Of a DNA stretch of 64,000 bases, positions 37,372-45,812 are shown in pieces; the stretch's first letter is position 1; each line of letters opens with the position of its first letter. The stretch spans positions 2,143 to 66,142 of the forward strand of contig CABUJH010000002.1 of assembly GCA_902491895.1 (NCBI GenBank). The letters run 5' to 3'. The notes beneath the pieces were generated by a model. It saw nothing but the letters and a program-made list of their open reading frames with translations, did not search any database and was not told where the DNA came from. The DNA comes from an uncultured Collinsella sp. (GTDB lineage: Bacteria; Actinomycetota; Coriobacteriia; Coriobacteriales; Coriobacteriaceae). The position numbers and the translations under genes are program-made.

Positions 37372-37818
37372 CTACAGCTGCTCGAGCATAGCGGTGCAAC
37401 CGGCGAGTACATCGCGGTAGGTGGCGTCGAAATTGCCGGTGTACCAGGGATCGGCCACGTCGCCGGGGCGATCGGTCCAATCGAGCAGGCGCGAGATCTT
37501 GCCATCGGGGTCCTTCCCAAAAATTCGGTACAGGCCGCGGGCGTTCTCGTCGTCCATATAGACAATGTGGTCCCAGTCGCCATACTCCGCGCGACGCACC
37601 TGACGTGCACGATGTGCGACGACGGGAATCCCAACCTCGCTCAGCTTGGCAACGGTACCGTGGTGTGGCGGGTTGCCGATCTCCTCGGTCGAGGTCGCAG
37701 CGGAATCGATGACAAACTCCGCCTCGCGCCCAGCGCGGCGCACGAGCTCGGTAAACACCGACTCAGCCATCGTCGAGCGACAGATATTTCCATAGCAGAT
37801 AAAAAGAATGCGTTGCAT
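37372..37818 (-). CDS. Low-molecular-weight protein-tyrosine phosphatase
   Basis: FICYGNICRS P-loop, DVADPWY. Confidence 0.93.
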   Translation of the reverse strand: MQRILFICYGNICRSTMAESVFTELVRRAGREAEFVIDSAATSTEEIGNPPHHGTVAKLSEVGIPVVAHRARQVRRAEYGDWDHIVYMDDENARGLYRIFGKDPDGKISRLLDWTDRPGDVADPWYTGNFDATYRDVLAGCTAMLEQL

Positions 37819-37851
37819 GAGCGGCTTCCTTTCTAGGCGGTCGCGCAGGGC

Positions 37852-39222
37852 TTACAGACTGCTCTTGAGGCAGTTTGCTCCAATAAAGCCCGCTGCGTAC
37901 AAGGGGAGGTGGCGCAGCTCGCGCCCGTCATCGGTTTCGCTGCGGGAAAAATTGTTCTCGGACAAAATGTAGGCATATGGCGATCGGGCTTTGTCCATAA
38001 ACGACCCGAGGGTTCTCGCGCGCACGTTACGTGCGGACTTTACTTCGACGGGCACAATTTCCATACGGTCGGTCTGAAGTAAAAAATCGAGCTCGCCGGC
38101 CGTCTTCCAAGACGACGGCGGCACCCAGTAATACGTCTGCAAGCTATTGCCCGAAAATGCTTGCATGGCCGAGTTTTCCGCCAGGGCGCCTCGGAAGTCG
38201 GAAGATAGCGCTATGGCGGAATCCTCTTTGAGGTCGAGCCAGAGCCGCGGGTTGATGCCGAGTTTGTAGAACATGAGGCCGGTATCGAGAAGATAGACCT
38301 TAAAGAAACTTCCATCTTCGTCGTCGAAGGGAACGAGGGGAGGCTCGATGCCTTCGGTCAGGTTGTTGACCGATATGATGCCGGCGCCTTCGAGCCAGTC
38401 GAGCGGCTCGATAAGCTTGGCGCGACGGCCTCCGCGTTCGACCTCGGAGTACTTGAATTTTTTTGTGGACGATCTCAGCAGCTGGGACGGAATGGAGCGC
38501 CAGACCTTGCGCGCCGCCACGCCGCTGATCCCGTTTTCGGGGTCGGTCATATCGGCGGTATAGGTCTCGTCGATTTCGCGCTGCTCGACGCGCGCATCCT
38601 CGATGGATAACGTCTTGCGATATGCGTTGACGGCGGCGGGCATGCCGCCCACGATCTGGTATCGATGAAACAGGCTGAGCGCGGCTTGGTGCGCGGCGTA
38701 GGTCTCGAGCGTGCCGGCGTGGGTACGAATGGCATTGGCCATCTGCTCCTCGTCGAGCGCCCAGAGAAACTCCTCGAACGACATAGGATGCATGGTCTCT
38801 TGACGAACGCCGCTGGGAAAAGGCAACTTGCGCTTGCGCGTGGCGACGCCGAGCTGACTGCTGGTCGCGCATATGCGCCAGCCCGAACCCGAAAAAAAGC
38901 GAAGCGAGTTGAGCGCCCGTTCGCAGAGCTGCACCTCGTCAAACAGGATGAAGGCGGTTTCTTTGCGAATGGGGGTGCGTTTATAGTCTGAGATTCGCGC
39001 CACGATGGCGTCAACGTCGTCGGTGGGACAGTCGAACAGCGGAGCGATCAGCTCAAGATCGGTCTGAAAGTCGAGTTTGACAAACGCATCGCCGGCGATT
39101 CGTCTGCCGATTTCCTCGGCAACGTACGTTTTGCCTACGCGTCGCGCACCACGGATGAGGATGGGGCGCGACGCGTCCTTTGTCGCCCATGATTCGATAA
39201 CGGATTCGATTGATCTGCGCAT
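37852..39222 (-). CDS. Second AAA_14/DUF4143 ATPase
   Basis: GARRVGKT, FDEVQ, PMSFEEF, VGGMP, KVYLLDTG, ELDF..VEVKS. Confidence 0.88.
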   Translation of the reverse strand: MRRSIESVIESWATKDASRPILIRGARRVGKTYVAEEIGRRIAGDAFVKLDFQTDLELIAPLFDCPTDDVDAIVARISDYKRTPIRKETAFILFDEVQLCERALNSLRFFSGSGWRICATSSQLGVATRKRKLPFPSGVRQETMHPMSFEEFLWALDEEQMANAIRTHAGTLETYAAHQAALSLFHRYQIVGGMPAAVNAYRKTLSIEDARVEQREIDETYTADMTDPENGISGVAARKVWRSIPSQLLRSSTKKFKYSEVERGGRRAKLIEPLDWLEGAGIISVNNLTEGIEPPLVPFDDEDGSFFKVYLLDTGLMFYKLGINPRLWLDLKEDSAIALSSDFRGALAENSAMQAFSGNSLQTYYWVPPSSWKTAGELDFLLQTDRMEIVPVEVKSARNVRARTLGSFMDKARSPYAYILSENNFSRSETDDGRELRHLPLYAAGFIGANCLKSSL

Positions 39223-39236
39223 GGGGCCGCCTTTCC

Positions 39237-39331
39237 AATTTCGTGTACTTCAGATACATAGTTTAGTACGATTTCATGTACTTGGAATACACGAAATAGT
39301 GGAAAAGTGTGTATCTGAAGTACACGAAATT
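39237..39331. promoter_or_regulatory. Direct and inverted repeats upstream of the ATPase gene
   Basis: ATTTCGTGTACTTCAGATACA, a degenerate direct copy ATTTCATGTACTT and a perfect inverted copy TGTATCTGAAGTACACGAAAT. Confidence 0.55.
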
Positions 39332-39417
39332 GCACTGCTGGAGCTTGCAGGCGGATAAACACTACTCGTATGGGACGGTTTTCACCGGTTGCTCGCCACC
39401 TTGGGCTATGTTCGCCC

Positions 39418-40671
39418 CTATGCCTGCATCCGGGGCTGTGCTGATTGACGACGGCGCTCCCAGTGAGCCAACTTAATCGTCACCAGCGTGAGCGCCCAGG
39501 CCACAAGCGAGAACACGGCACCGACCGCGCCTACATATGCAATGCCAACTCCGCTTACCACGGCGCCGCCCACTGCGGTGCCAAACGAGATGCCGACGTT
39601 AAACGCCATGGGCTCAACCGAACTTGCGAGTACCATCGACTTGGGATGGCGGCTGCGTGCCACGTCCATAAAGTGCGTGATGCACGACACCGAGAACAGG
39701 TACATGAGCATCGCCAGGCTAAAGACAAAGACCAGCGCGAGCGGCATGGCGGCGCCCACGGCAAACAGCCCGAGCAGTGCCGCCGCCTGCAGCACAAACG
39801 TAACCAGCAGCGCCTTCATGCCAAAACGCGCATCGATCCATCCGCCCAGGATGTTCGAGATCAGGCAGAACACGCCATAGGCCATAAGTGTGGTGCTCGC
39901 CTGAACGGTATCCATGCCCAGCACCTGCTCCAGATAAGGCGTCACGTAGCCGTAGAATACGTAGACCGAGCCCACGCCAAACAAGAAGATGAGCATGCCG
40001 GTGATGATACTCGGCTCGCGTAGTAGCCCCGCCTGCTCGCGGAAGGTGGCGGGCTCATCGGTCTGCCCGGCGCGAGGCATAAACGCCACGAGCGCGCTAC
40101 AGATCAAAACGGCAAAGGTCAGCGTGCCGTACATGGCCACGTGCCAATCGAGTGTGTCGGCCACAAACTTGCCAATCGAGGTCACAAAGACCATCGCCAC
40201 GGAAAACGCGCCGTACACGACCGAGATGGCAAGTGAGGTTTGCTGCGGGGATAGCAGCTCAGGGATGTACGTCACGCCCACGGCGAGCAGCGCACCCGAG
40301 ACAGAGCCCAGGACAATGCGTGAGATAAACAGCACCTGGAAGTTGGGAGCCAACGCCATGACCAGGTTGCCGAGCACAAAGACGACGCTATAGCACACGA
40401 GCAGCTGGTAGCGGCGGAATCGCCCCGTGCTGAGCGCGAGCACCGGCGTCGCGATAGCGTAGACGAGCGCAAACACGCTGATGAGCTGGCCCGCAGTGGC
40501 AAGTGATATGCCGAGTTCCGTTGCCAAGTCGCTTTCGATGCCGATGACCACGAACTCGGAGCAGCCGAGCGAGAATCCCAACAGCACGAGCAGCGCCAGG
40601 CAGAGCTTGGTGCGCGCGGGGGAGAGCGCGGCGGCGGTTGGCTTACTTTTAGGCGTGGTTGCGGCGGTCAA
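39418..40671 (-). CDS. MFS transporter (DHA1/PbuE-NepI-like efflux)
   Basis: GCSEFVVIG, AGQLISVFALVYAI, YVFYGYVTPYL, FNVGISFGTAVGG; TTG start 8 nt after GGAG (start inferred). Confidence 0.85.
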   Translation of the reverse strand: MTAATTPKSKPTAAALSPARTKLCLALLVLLGFSLGCSEFVVIGIESDLATELGISLATAGQLISVFALVYAIATPVLALSTGRFRRYQLLVCYSVVFVLGNLVMALAPNFQVLFISRIVLGSVSGALLAVGVTYIPELLSPQQTSLAISVVYGAFSVAMVFVTSIGKFVADTLDWHVAMYGTLTFAVLICSALVAFMPRAGQTDEPATFREQAGLLREPSIITGMLIFLFGVGSVYVFYGYVTPYLEQVLGMDTVQASTTLMAYGVFCLISNILGGWIDARFGMKALLVTFVLQAAALLGLFAVGAAMPLALVFVFSLAMLMYLFSVSCITHFMDVARSRHPKSMVLASSVEPMAFNVGISFGTAVGGAVVSGVGIAYVGAVGAVFSLVAWALTLVTIKLAHWERRRQSAQPRMQA

Positions 40672-40729
40672 GGTTGTCACTCCAATGTCGCATGAATAAG
40701 CGGGATTCACTTCCTGCAACTCTAACAGA

Positions 40730-40760
40730 ATGTGACAAAGGGGCAGTCCCTTTGTCACAT
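40730..40760. repeat. REP-like palindrome
   Basis: ATGTGACAAAGGGGCAGTCCCTTTGTCACAT, identical to 37198-37228. Confidence 0.8.
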
Positions 40761-40832
40761 GGAGGGCTTGCCTGTATAGTCGCAATACAGGCGAAGATGG
40801 TCTCAGGTACATCGCGGGCGGCAGGAGATCCC

Positions 40833-41780
40833 ATGGGTATGCACACGACAAAGGTTGCAGTGGGCGAGGGCAAGTTTGCGCTCGAGGCCCAGCTGACGGT
40901 GACGCCGCGAGGCATGGCGGTGTACGCCTGCTCGCCGGAGTTTGCGCACCTGGGCGCCACGGCGCAGGCCATTCCGCGCCCCGAGCCCGGCCGTACGGCA
41001 ACGGTGAGCATCCTGGCCGTTCCGTGCCATCGAGACGAGATCCCGGCGCACGATATCGCGGCGGCGCTGGCCACGCGCTTTGGCGTGCCGGTAGTTGCAA
41101 GCACGGGTTTTCATGTTGAACAAGCGAGCGGTGACGACCTGCAGCGCGTGCTCGACACCACCAAGGAGCTCATCGCCGCGCTCGAGGAAGCCGCAGCCCG
41201 CATTCTGCGCGCCGGCTGGGATGAGGGCGGTGCGGGCGCCGAGGTCGTGGCGGTCGATGCTGCGACCGGCGAGGCGCTTGGCCCCGTCGACCGCATCGAG
41301 GCCCATGCTGGTGAGGGCATCCTGCATCAGGCATTTCTGACGCTTTTGGTCGAGGGCCGGGGCGAAGACGCGCGCCTGCTGCTCTGTCGCCGCAGTCCGC
41401 TCAAGCGCCTGTGGGGCGGGGTGCTGGCCGATAGCTGCGCCGGCCATCCGCTCCCCGGGGAAGACGTCGCGGCCGCCACGGCGCGCCGCATCAACGAAGA
41501 GCTCGGCATTACGCGCGAGCCCGATCAGCTCAAGCACCTCGGACACGTGGTGTACCGCGAGGACCACGGCGACGGTCGCTGCGAGTGCGAATGGTGCGAG
41601 GTCTACCTTGCCCATGTTGAGCCGGGCGAGCTGCATATCAACCAAGAGGAGATCTCGGAAGTGCGTCGCGTGGCTCCGTCCGAGCTCAAAGGCTACCTGC
41701 AGGGTCACCCCGAGCAGCTGGCCCCCTGGCTCCGCGAGGCCCTCGGCGACCCATTCATCCGCACGGCCCTCGCTATGTAA
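40833..41780 (+). CDS. Fusion: N-terminal LpdD-like prenylated-FMN chaperone + C-terminal type-1 IPP isomerase-like Nudix domain
   Basis: N-terminus has HLG...HRDE...GFHV as in LpdD (HIG, HKD, GIHV); C-terminus has AH..LHQAF, RRS..K.LW.G..ADSCAGHP.PGE, RRINEELG, YRE, ECEWC, EEI, APW as in Idi; AGGAG RBS. Confidence 0.75.
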   Translation: MGMHTTKVAVGEGKFALEAQLTVTPRGMAVYACSPEFAHLGATAQAIPRPEPGRTATVSILAVPCHRDEIPAHDIAAALATRFGVPVVASTGFHVEQASGDDLQRVLDTTKELIAALEEAAARILRAGWDEGGAGAEVVAVDAATGEALGPVDRIEAHAGEGILHQAFLTLLVEGRGEDARLLLCRRSPLKRLWGGVLADSCAGHPLPGEDVAAATARRINEELGITREPDQLKHLGHVVYREDHGDGRCECEWCEVYLAHVEPGELHINQEEISEVRRVAPSELKGYLQGHPEQLAPWLREALGDPFIRTALAM

Positions 41781-41805
41781 AAAAGACAGTCCCTTTGCCA
41801 CATCC

Positions 41806-41870
41806 AAACCGTCACAACATTCGGCGAAAATCTCGAAAACGAGGAAAAGCGTCGAATGTTGTGACGGTTT
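41806..41870. repeat. 65-bp inverted-repeat element (18-bp perfect arms), preceded by a half REP at 41785-41804
   Basis: AAACCGTCACAACATTCG...CGAATGTTGTGACGGTTT. Confidence 0.7.
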
Positions 41871-41906
41871 TTGTCTAGGGAATCGCTTCTCATCCAAAAA
41901 AACCGC

Positions 41907-41937
41907 TTGACTGTATTGCCGCAACACAGCGCAACGT
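41907..41937 (+). promoter_or_regulatory. Putative MerR-type promoter/operator for the transporter-ubiD-ubiX operon
   Basis: -35 TTGACT overlapped by the dyad CTGTATTGC-C-GCAACACAG; candidate -10 CAACGT after a 19-bp spacer. Confidence 0.5.
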
Positions 41938-42021
41938 AAGGGGTGTCCGATAACGGGCGCCCCTTTTTAAGCGGCAACATGGCTGCGAATTCGGAGCGCC
42001 CCCAACAAGAAAGGTGGGGAG

Positions 42022-43479
42022 ATGGAAGCGGAAAAGAAGGCGTTTAAGATCACCAAGCGCGAAATTGGCTTTGTGCTGGGTATCGTTGTCTTTTTGCTGG
42101 TGAAGTTTCTTCCTTTGGCGGAGCTGAGCTCGACGGTCGAGCTCACGGTCGGCGGTCAGACCTGTCTGGCACTGACGCTCGCCACGGTGGTGTTCTGGGC
42201 ATGCGGCGTGGCACAGCCGGGCTTTGTGGGCCTGCTCTACTGCGCACTGCTCGTCCTGTTCAAGGTGTGCGTGGACGACACGGGCGCCGCGAGCATCTCG
42301 GCGACGGTCGCCTCCACGTTTAGCTCGTGGACCAAGGCCACCATGTGGCTCGTCATCGGCGCCTACCTCATCGCCAGCGCGGTCAAGGAGTCGGGCCTGG
42401 GCGAGCGCATCGCCTACGCGTTCATGCTCAAGTTCGTGCGCGACGCCAAGTCGCTCATCATCTCGATCTTCGCGCTCACCTTTGTGCTGTCGCTGCTGAT
42501 CCCGCATCCGTTCCCCCGCGCCTTCCTCATCCTCGCCGTCGTCTCGGTCATCGCCGAGTCCGCCGGCTACGGTGACGACGACAAGGGCAAGCTCGGCTTC
42601 CTCGTGTTTGCCGCTGCCGCCCCGGGTTCCATGTTCTTCCTGACGGGCGACTCCACGCTTAACCCGCTCGTTGCGCAGTACAGTGCCGAGGCCGGCGGCA
42701 TGAGCCCGTCCTTCGTCGACTGGTTCCTGTACATGAGCGTGCCTATGCTGGTTGCGCTGCTGTGCACCCTGTTCCTGGGCCTTTTCCTCTTTAAGCCCAG
42801 CAAGGAGCTCGTCTACGATCGCGAGCAGATCGTGGCCAAGCAGGCCGCGCTCGGCAAGCTCTCCGTCAAGGAGATCCGCACCATCGTGTGGCTTGTCATC
42901 GCCATCGCGCTGTGGCTCACCGTCTCGGGCGACTATATCGGCTGGGTCACCCTGGCCATTGGCGTTGCTCTCGCCATGCCCATCATCGGCGAAGTCCTCA
43001 CTCCCGCCAGCTGGAACGCTGTCGACATCAAGTCCCTCATGTTCCTGACGGCCGCCATGGCCGTGGGCTCCGTGGGCGGTGCCACCGGCATGAACGCCTG
43101 GATCGCCGACGTCGTGCTCCCCAGCTCCGTGCCTGAGAACATCTTCCTGTTCGCCCTGCTCGTCGCCGCGCTTTCCATGATCATCCACATGTTCATGGGC
43201 TCGGTCATGGCCGTGCTCGGCGTGTGCGTGCCGGCATTTATCAGCTTTGCCGCCGGCTCCAGCGTGAGCCCACTCGCCGTGGCGCTCATCGTCTTCACGT
43301 CCATCAACATCCACTACATCCTGCCGTTCCATAACCTGCCGATCCTTATCGGCGAAGGCAAGGACGCCGGCGGCTACACCTCCAAAGAGGCTATGCGCAT
43401 GGGCATCCCCCTCACCGCGGTCGTCTTTGTCGTCGTGCTGGTCGAGGCCGCCTGGTTCCACCTCTTTGGCCTGATGTAA
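42022..43479 (+). CDS. SLC13/DASS family anion transporter
   Basis: Many TM helices; SGLGERIA motif, ILPFHN..ILIG, GYT.KEAMRMG; AAAGGTGG RBS. Confidence 0.85.
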   Translation: MEAEKKAFKITKREIGFVLGIVVFLLVKFLPLAELSSTVELTVGGQTCLALTLATVVFWACGVAQPGFVGLLYCALLVLFKVCVDDTGAASISATVASTFSSWTKATMWLVIGAYLIASAVKESGLGERIAYAFMLKFVRDAKSLIISIFALTFVLSLLIPHPFPRAFLILAVVSVIAESAGYGDDDKGKLGFLVFAAAAPGSMFFLTGDSTLNPLVAQYSAEAGGMSPSFVDWFLYMSVPMLVALLCTLFLGLFLFKPSKELVYDREQIVAKQAALGKLSVKEIRTIVWLVIAIALWLTVSGDYIGWVTLAIGVALAMPIIGEVLTPASWNAVDIKSLMFLTAAMAVGSVGGATGMNAWIADVVLPSSVPENIFLFALLVAALSMIIHMFMGSVMAVLGVCVPAFISFAAGSSVSPLAVALIVFTSINIHYILPFHNLPILIGEGKDAGGYTSKEAMRMGIPLTAVVFVVVLVEAAWFHLFGLM

Positions 43480-43621
43480 GCGGTCGAGCGCCCCGGCTGT
43501 AAGCAGCCAAGCGCTTGAACTTCGAGTGGTCGAGCGCTCCATTTGTGAGCGCCGCGGCCCCATTACGTTACCCCGTCCGGCGGCACCCCGTCGCCGGACA
43601 CTCTCCCGAAAGGAGTACGCC

Positions 43622-45109
43622 ATGTCCACTACCGATGCTTCCCAGATCCACGACCTGCGTTCCGCGCTCGACTTTTTGCGTGAGATGCCGGGCCAGCTGC
43701 TCGAGACCGACACCCAGGTCGATCCCGATGCCGAGGTCTCGGGCGTCTACCGTCACGTCGGTGCTGGCGGCACCGTCATGCGCCCGACCAAAGAGGGTCC
43801 GGCGATGGTCTTCAACAACGTCAAGGGCTTTGACGACGCCAAGGTCTGCATCGGTATGCTTGCCAGCCGCAAGCGCGTTGCCGCCCTGCTCGACCTGGAC
43901 GAGGAGCACCTGGGCCTCGAGATCGGCAAGCGCTTCGAGAACCTGATCGCCCCCGAGCAGATCGCCGAGGGCAAGCACGTCGACTGCCAGGAGGTCGTGT
44001 ACAAGGCGACCGACGAGGGCTTTGACCTGCGCAAGATCGTTCCCGCTCCCACCAACACGCCCGTTGACGGCGGCCCCTACATCACCATGGGCCTCGCCTA
44101 TGGCACGAGCCCCGATGGCACCCAGTCCGACGTAACCATCCACCGCTTCTCCTGCGTCGACAAGGACAAGCTCGCCATGTGGATCACCCCGGGCAGCCGT
44201 CACCTGGGTGCGTTCTTTGACGAGTACTGCCAGCGCGGCGAGGATATGCCCATCTCCATCTCCATCGGCCTGGACCCCGCCGTGTACATGTGCTGCGGCT
44301 TCGAGGCTCCCACCACGCCGCTCGGCTTCAACGAGCTGCAGATCGCCGGCGCCCTGCGCGGCCGCGCCGTCGAGCTTGCCGACTGCGTCACCGTTCCGCA
44401 GAAGTGCATTGCCAATGCCGAGTACGTGCTCGAGGGCTACCTCATGCACGACGAGACCATCAACGAGGATGTCAACGGCCACGGCTACGCCATGCCCGAG
44501 TTCCCCGGCTACACCGGTGGCGCCAAGGTCTGCCCGGTGATCAAGATCACCGCCGTCACCACGCGCGTCAACCCCATTATGGAGAGCTGCATCGGCCCTT
44601 CGCACGAGCACGTGTCCATGGCCGGTATCCCCACCGAGGCCTCCATCTACAAGATGGTCGAGACCGCTATCCCGGGCCGCCTGCTCAACGTTCACGCCGC
44701 TCCCTGCGGTGGCGGCAAGTTCGTTGCCATCATGCAGTTCAAGAAGTCGAGCAAAAATGACGAGGGCCGTCAGCGCAACGCCGCCATGCTCGCCTTCTCG
44801 GCGTTCTCCGAGCTCAAGCACGTCATCCTTGTCGACGAGGATGTCGACATCTTCGATATGAGCGACGTGATGTGGGCCATGACCACGCGCTTCCAGGCCG
44901 ACGTGGACCTCATCACCATCCCCGGTTGCCACTGCCACGTGCTCGATCCGTCCAACGACCCCGCATTCGATCCTTCGATCCGCGAGCACGGTATCGCCTG
45001 CAAGGCCATCTTCGACTGCACGGTTCCGTTTAACCTCAAGAAGAACTTCATCCGCTCGCAGTTCATGGAGATCGACAAGGACAAGTGGGCCGCCGAGCTC
45101 GCCTTCTAG
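43622..45109 (+). CDS. UbiD-family prFMN-dependent decarboxylase, gallate/protocatechuate decarboxylase (LpdC/AroY) type
   Basis: GVYRHVGAGGTVMRPT, PAPTNTP.D.GPYIT, DVTIHR, GLDPA, AMPEFPGYTG, HVSMAGIPTEASI, LVDEDVDIFD, TTRFQ, LDPS; AAAGGAG RBS. Confidence 0.92.
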   Translation: MSTTDASQIHDLRSALDFLREMPGQLLETDTQVDPDAEVSGVYRHVGAGGTVMRPTKEGPAMVFNNVKGFDDAKVCIGMLASRKRVAALLDLDEEHLGLEIGKRFENLIAPEQIAEGKHVDCQEVVYKATDEGFDLRKIVPAPTNTPVDGGPYITMGLAYGTSPDGTQSDVTIHRFSCVDKDKLAMWITPGSRHLGAFFDEYCQRGEDMPISISIGLDPAVYMCCGFEAPTTPLGFNELQIAGALRGRAVELADCVTVPQKCIANAEYVLEGYLMHDETINEDVNGHGYAMPEFPGYTGGAKVCPVIKITAVTTRVNPIMESCIGPSHEHVSMAGIPTEASIYKMVETAIPGRLLNVHAAPCGGGKFVAIMQFKKSSKNDEGRQRNAAMLAFSAFSELKHVILVDEDVDIFDMSDVMWAMTTRFQADVDLITIPGCHCHVLDPSNDPAFDPSIREHGIACKAIFDCTVPFNLKKNFIRSQFMEIDKDKWAAELAF

Positions 45110-45142
45110 TAAGTAGCCCTACCAAGTAGTTAAGGAGTTGTC

Positions 45143-45721
45143 ATGCCTGAGTCTTCTGTTCGTCCCCGTCGCATTGTCGTTGGCGTGTCTGGCGCCAGCG
45201 GTGCGGCACTGGGCCTTGAATGCCTCAAATGCCTGCGCCAGGCCGGCGCTGAGTCGGCGCTTGTCGTCACGCGCGGGGGAGAGATCACCATCGAGCAGGA
45301 GCTCGGCATGACGCTCGACGAGTTTGCGTGCTATGCCGATGTGGTCTACGACAACAAGAACATTGGCGCTGCCATCGCAAGCGGCACCTATCCGGTCGAC
45401 GGCATGATCGTGGCTCCCTGCTCCATGAAGACGCTCGCCGGCATCGCGAGCGGCTACAGCGAAAACCTGTTGCTGCGTGCGGCCGATGTGCAGATGAAAG
45501 AGCAGCGCCGCCTGGTGCTTATGGTGCGCGAGACGCCCTTCAGTGCGATCCATGTCGACAACATGGCACGCCTGGCGCGCGTGCCGGGTGTCATGCTCAT
45601 GCCGCCCATGCTCACGTTTTACAACGGCCCCGCCACGCTCGATGAGGCGGTGCATCACATCGCCGCCAAGGCACTCGAGGCCGTCGGCGTGTCGTGCGCC
45701 AACTATAAGCGCTGGTCATAG
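45143..45721 (+). CDS. ubiX: UbiX flavin prenyltransferase
   Basis: VGVSGASGA, IASGT, APCSMKTLAGIA, RAADVQMKE, RETP, FY..P. Confidence 0.93.
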   Translation: MPESSVRPRRIVVGVSGASGAALGLECLKCLRQAGAESALVVTRGGEITIEQELGMTLDEFACYADVVYDNKNIGAAIASGTYPVDGMIVAPCSMKTLAGIASGYSENLLLRAADVQMKEQRRLVLMVRETPFSAIHVDNMARLARVPGVMLMPPMLTFYNGPATLDEAVHHIAAKALEAVGVSCANYKRWS

Positions 45722-45752
45722 GCATCTTTAGGGTAGGATACGAGTAGTGTTT

Positions 45753-45784
45753 GAGCCCGCTGCCCCTGTGGGCGGCGGGCTTTT
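45753..45784 (+). terminator. Intrinsic terminator after ubiX
   Basis: GAGCCCGCTGCCC-CTGT-GGGCGGCGGGCTTTT. Confidence 0.65.
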
Positions 45785-45812
45785 CGTGTCAAAGGGTGTG
45801 TCGGGAGGACCT

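Noticed and set aside
39418..41100. 560-aa version of the MFS and 373-aa version of the LpdD-Idi ORF
   Set aside because: The N-terminal extensions run through a REP palindrome and overlap each other; RBS-supported starts at 40671 and 40833 fit better.
43622..45721. Ubiquinone/menaquinone biosynthesis role for UbiD/UbiX
   Set aside because: Motifs match the LpdC/AroY subfamily, and the context (transporter, LpdD-like gene, MerR) points to catabolism or detoxification.
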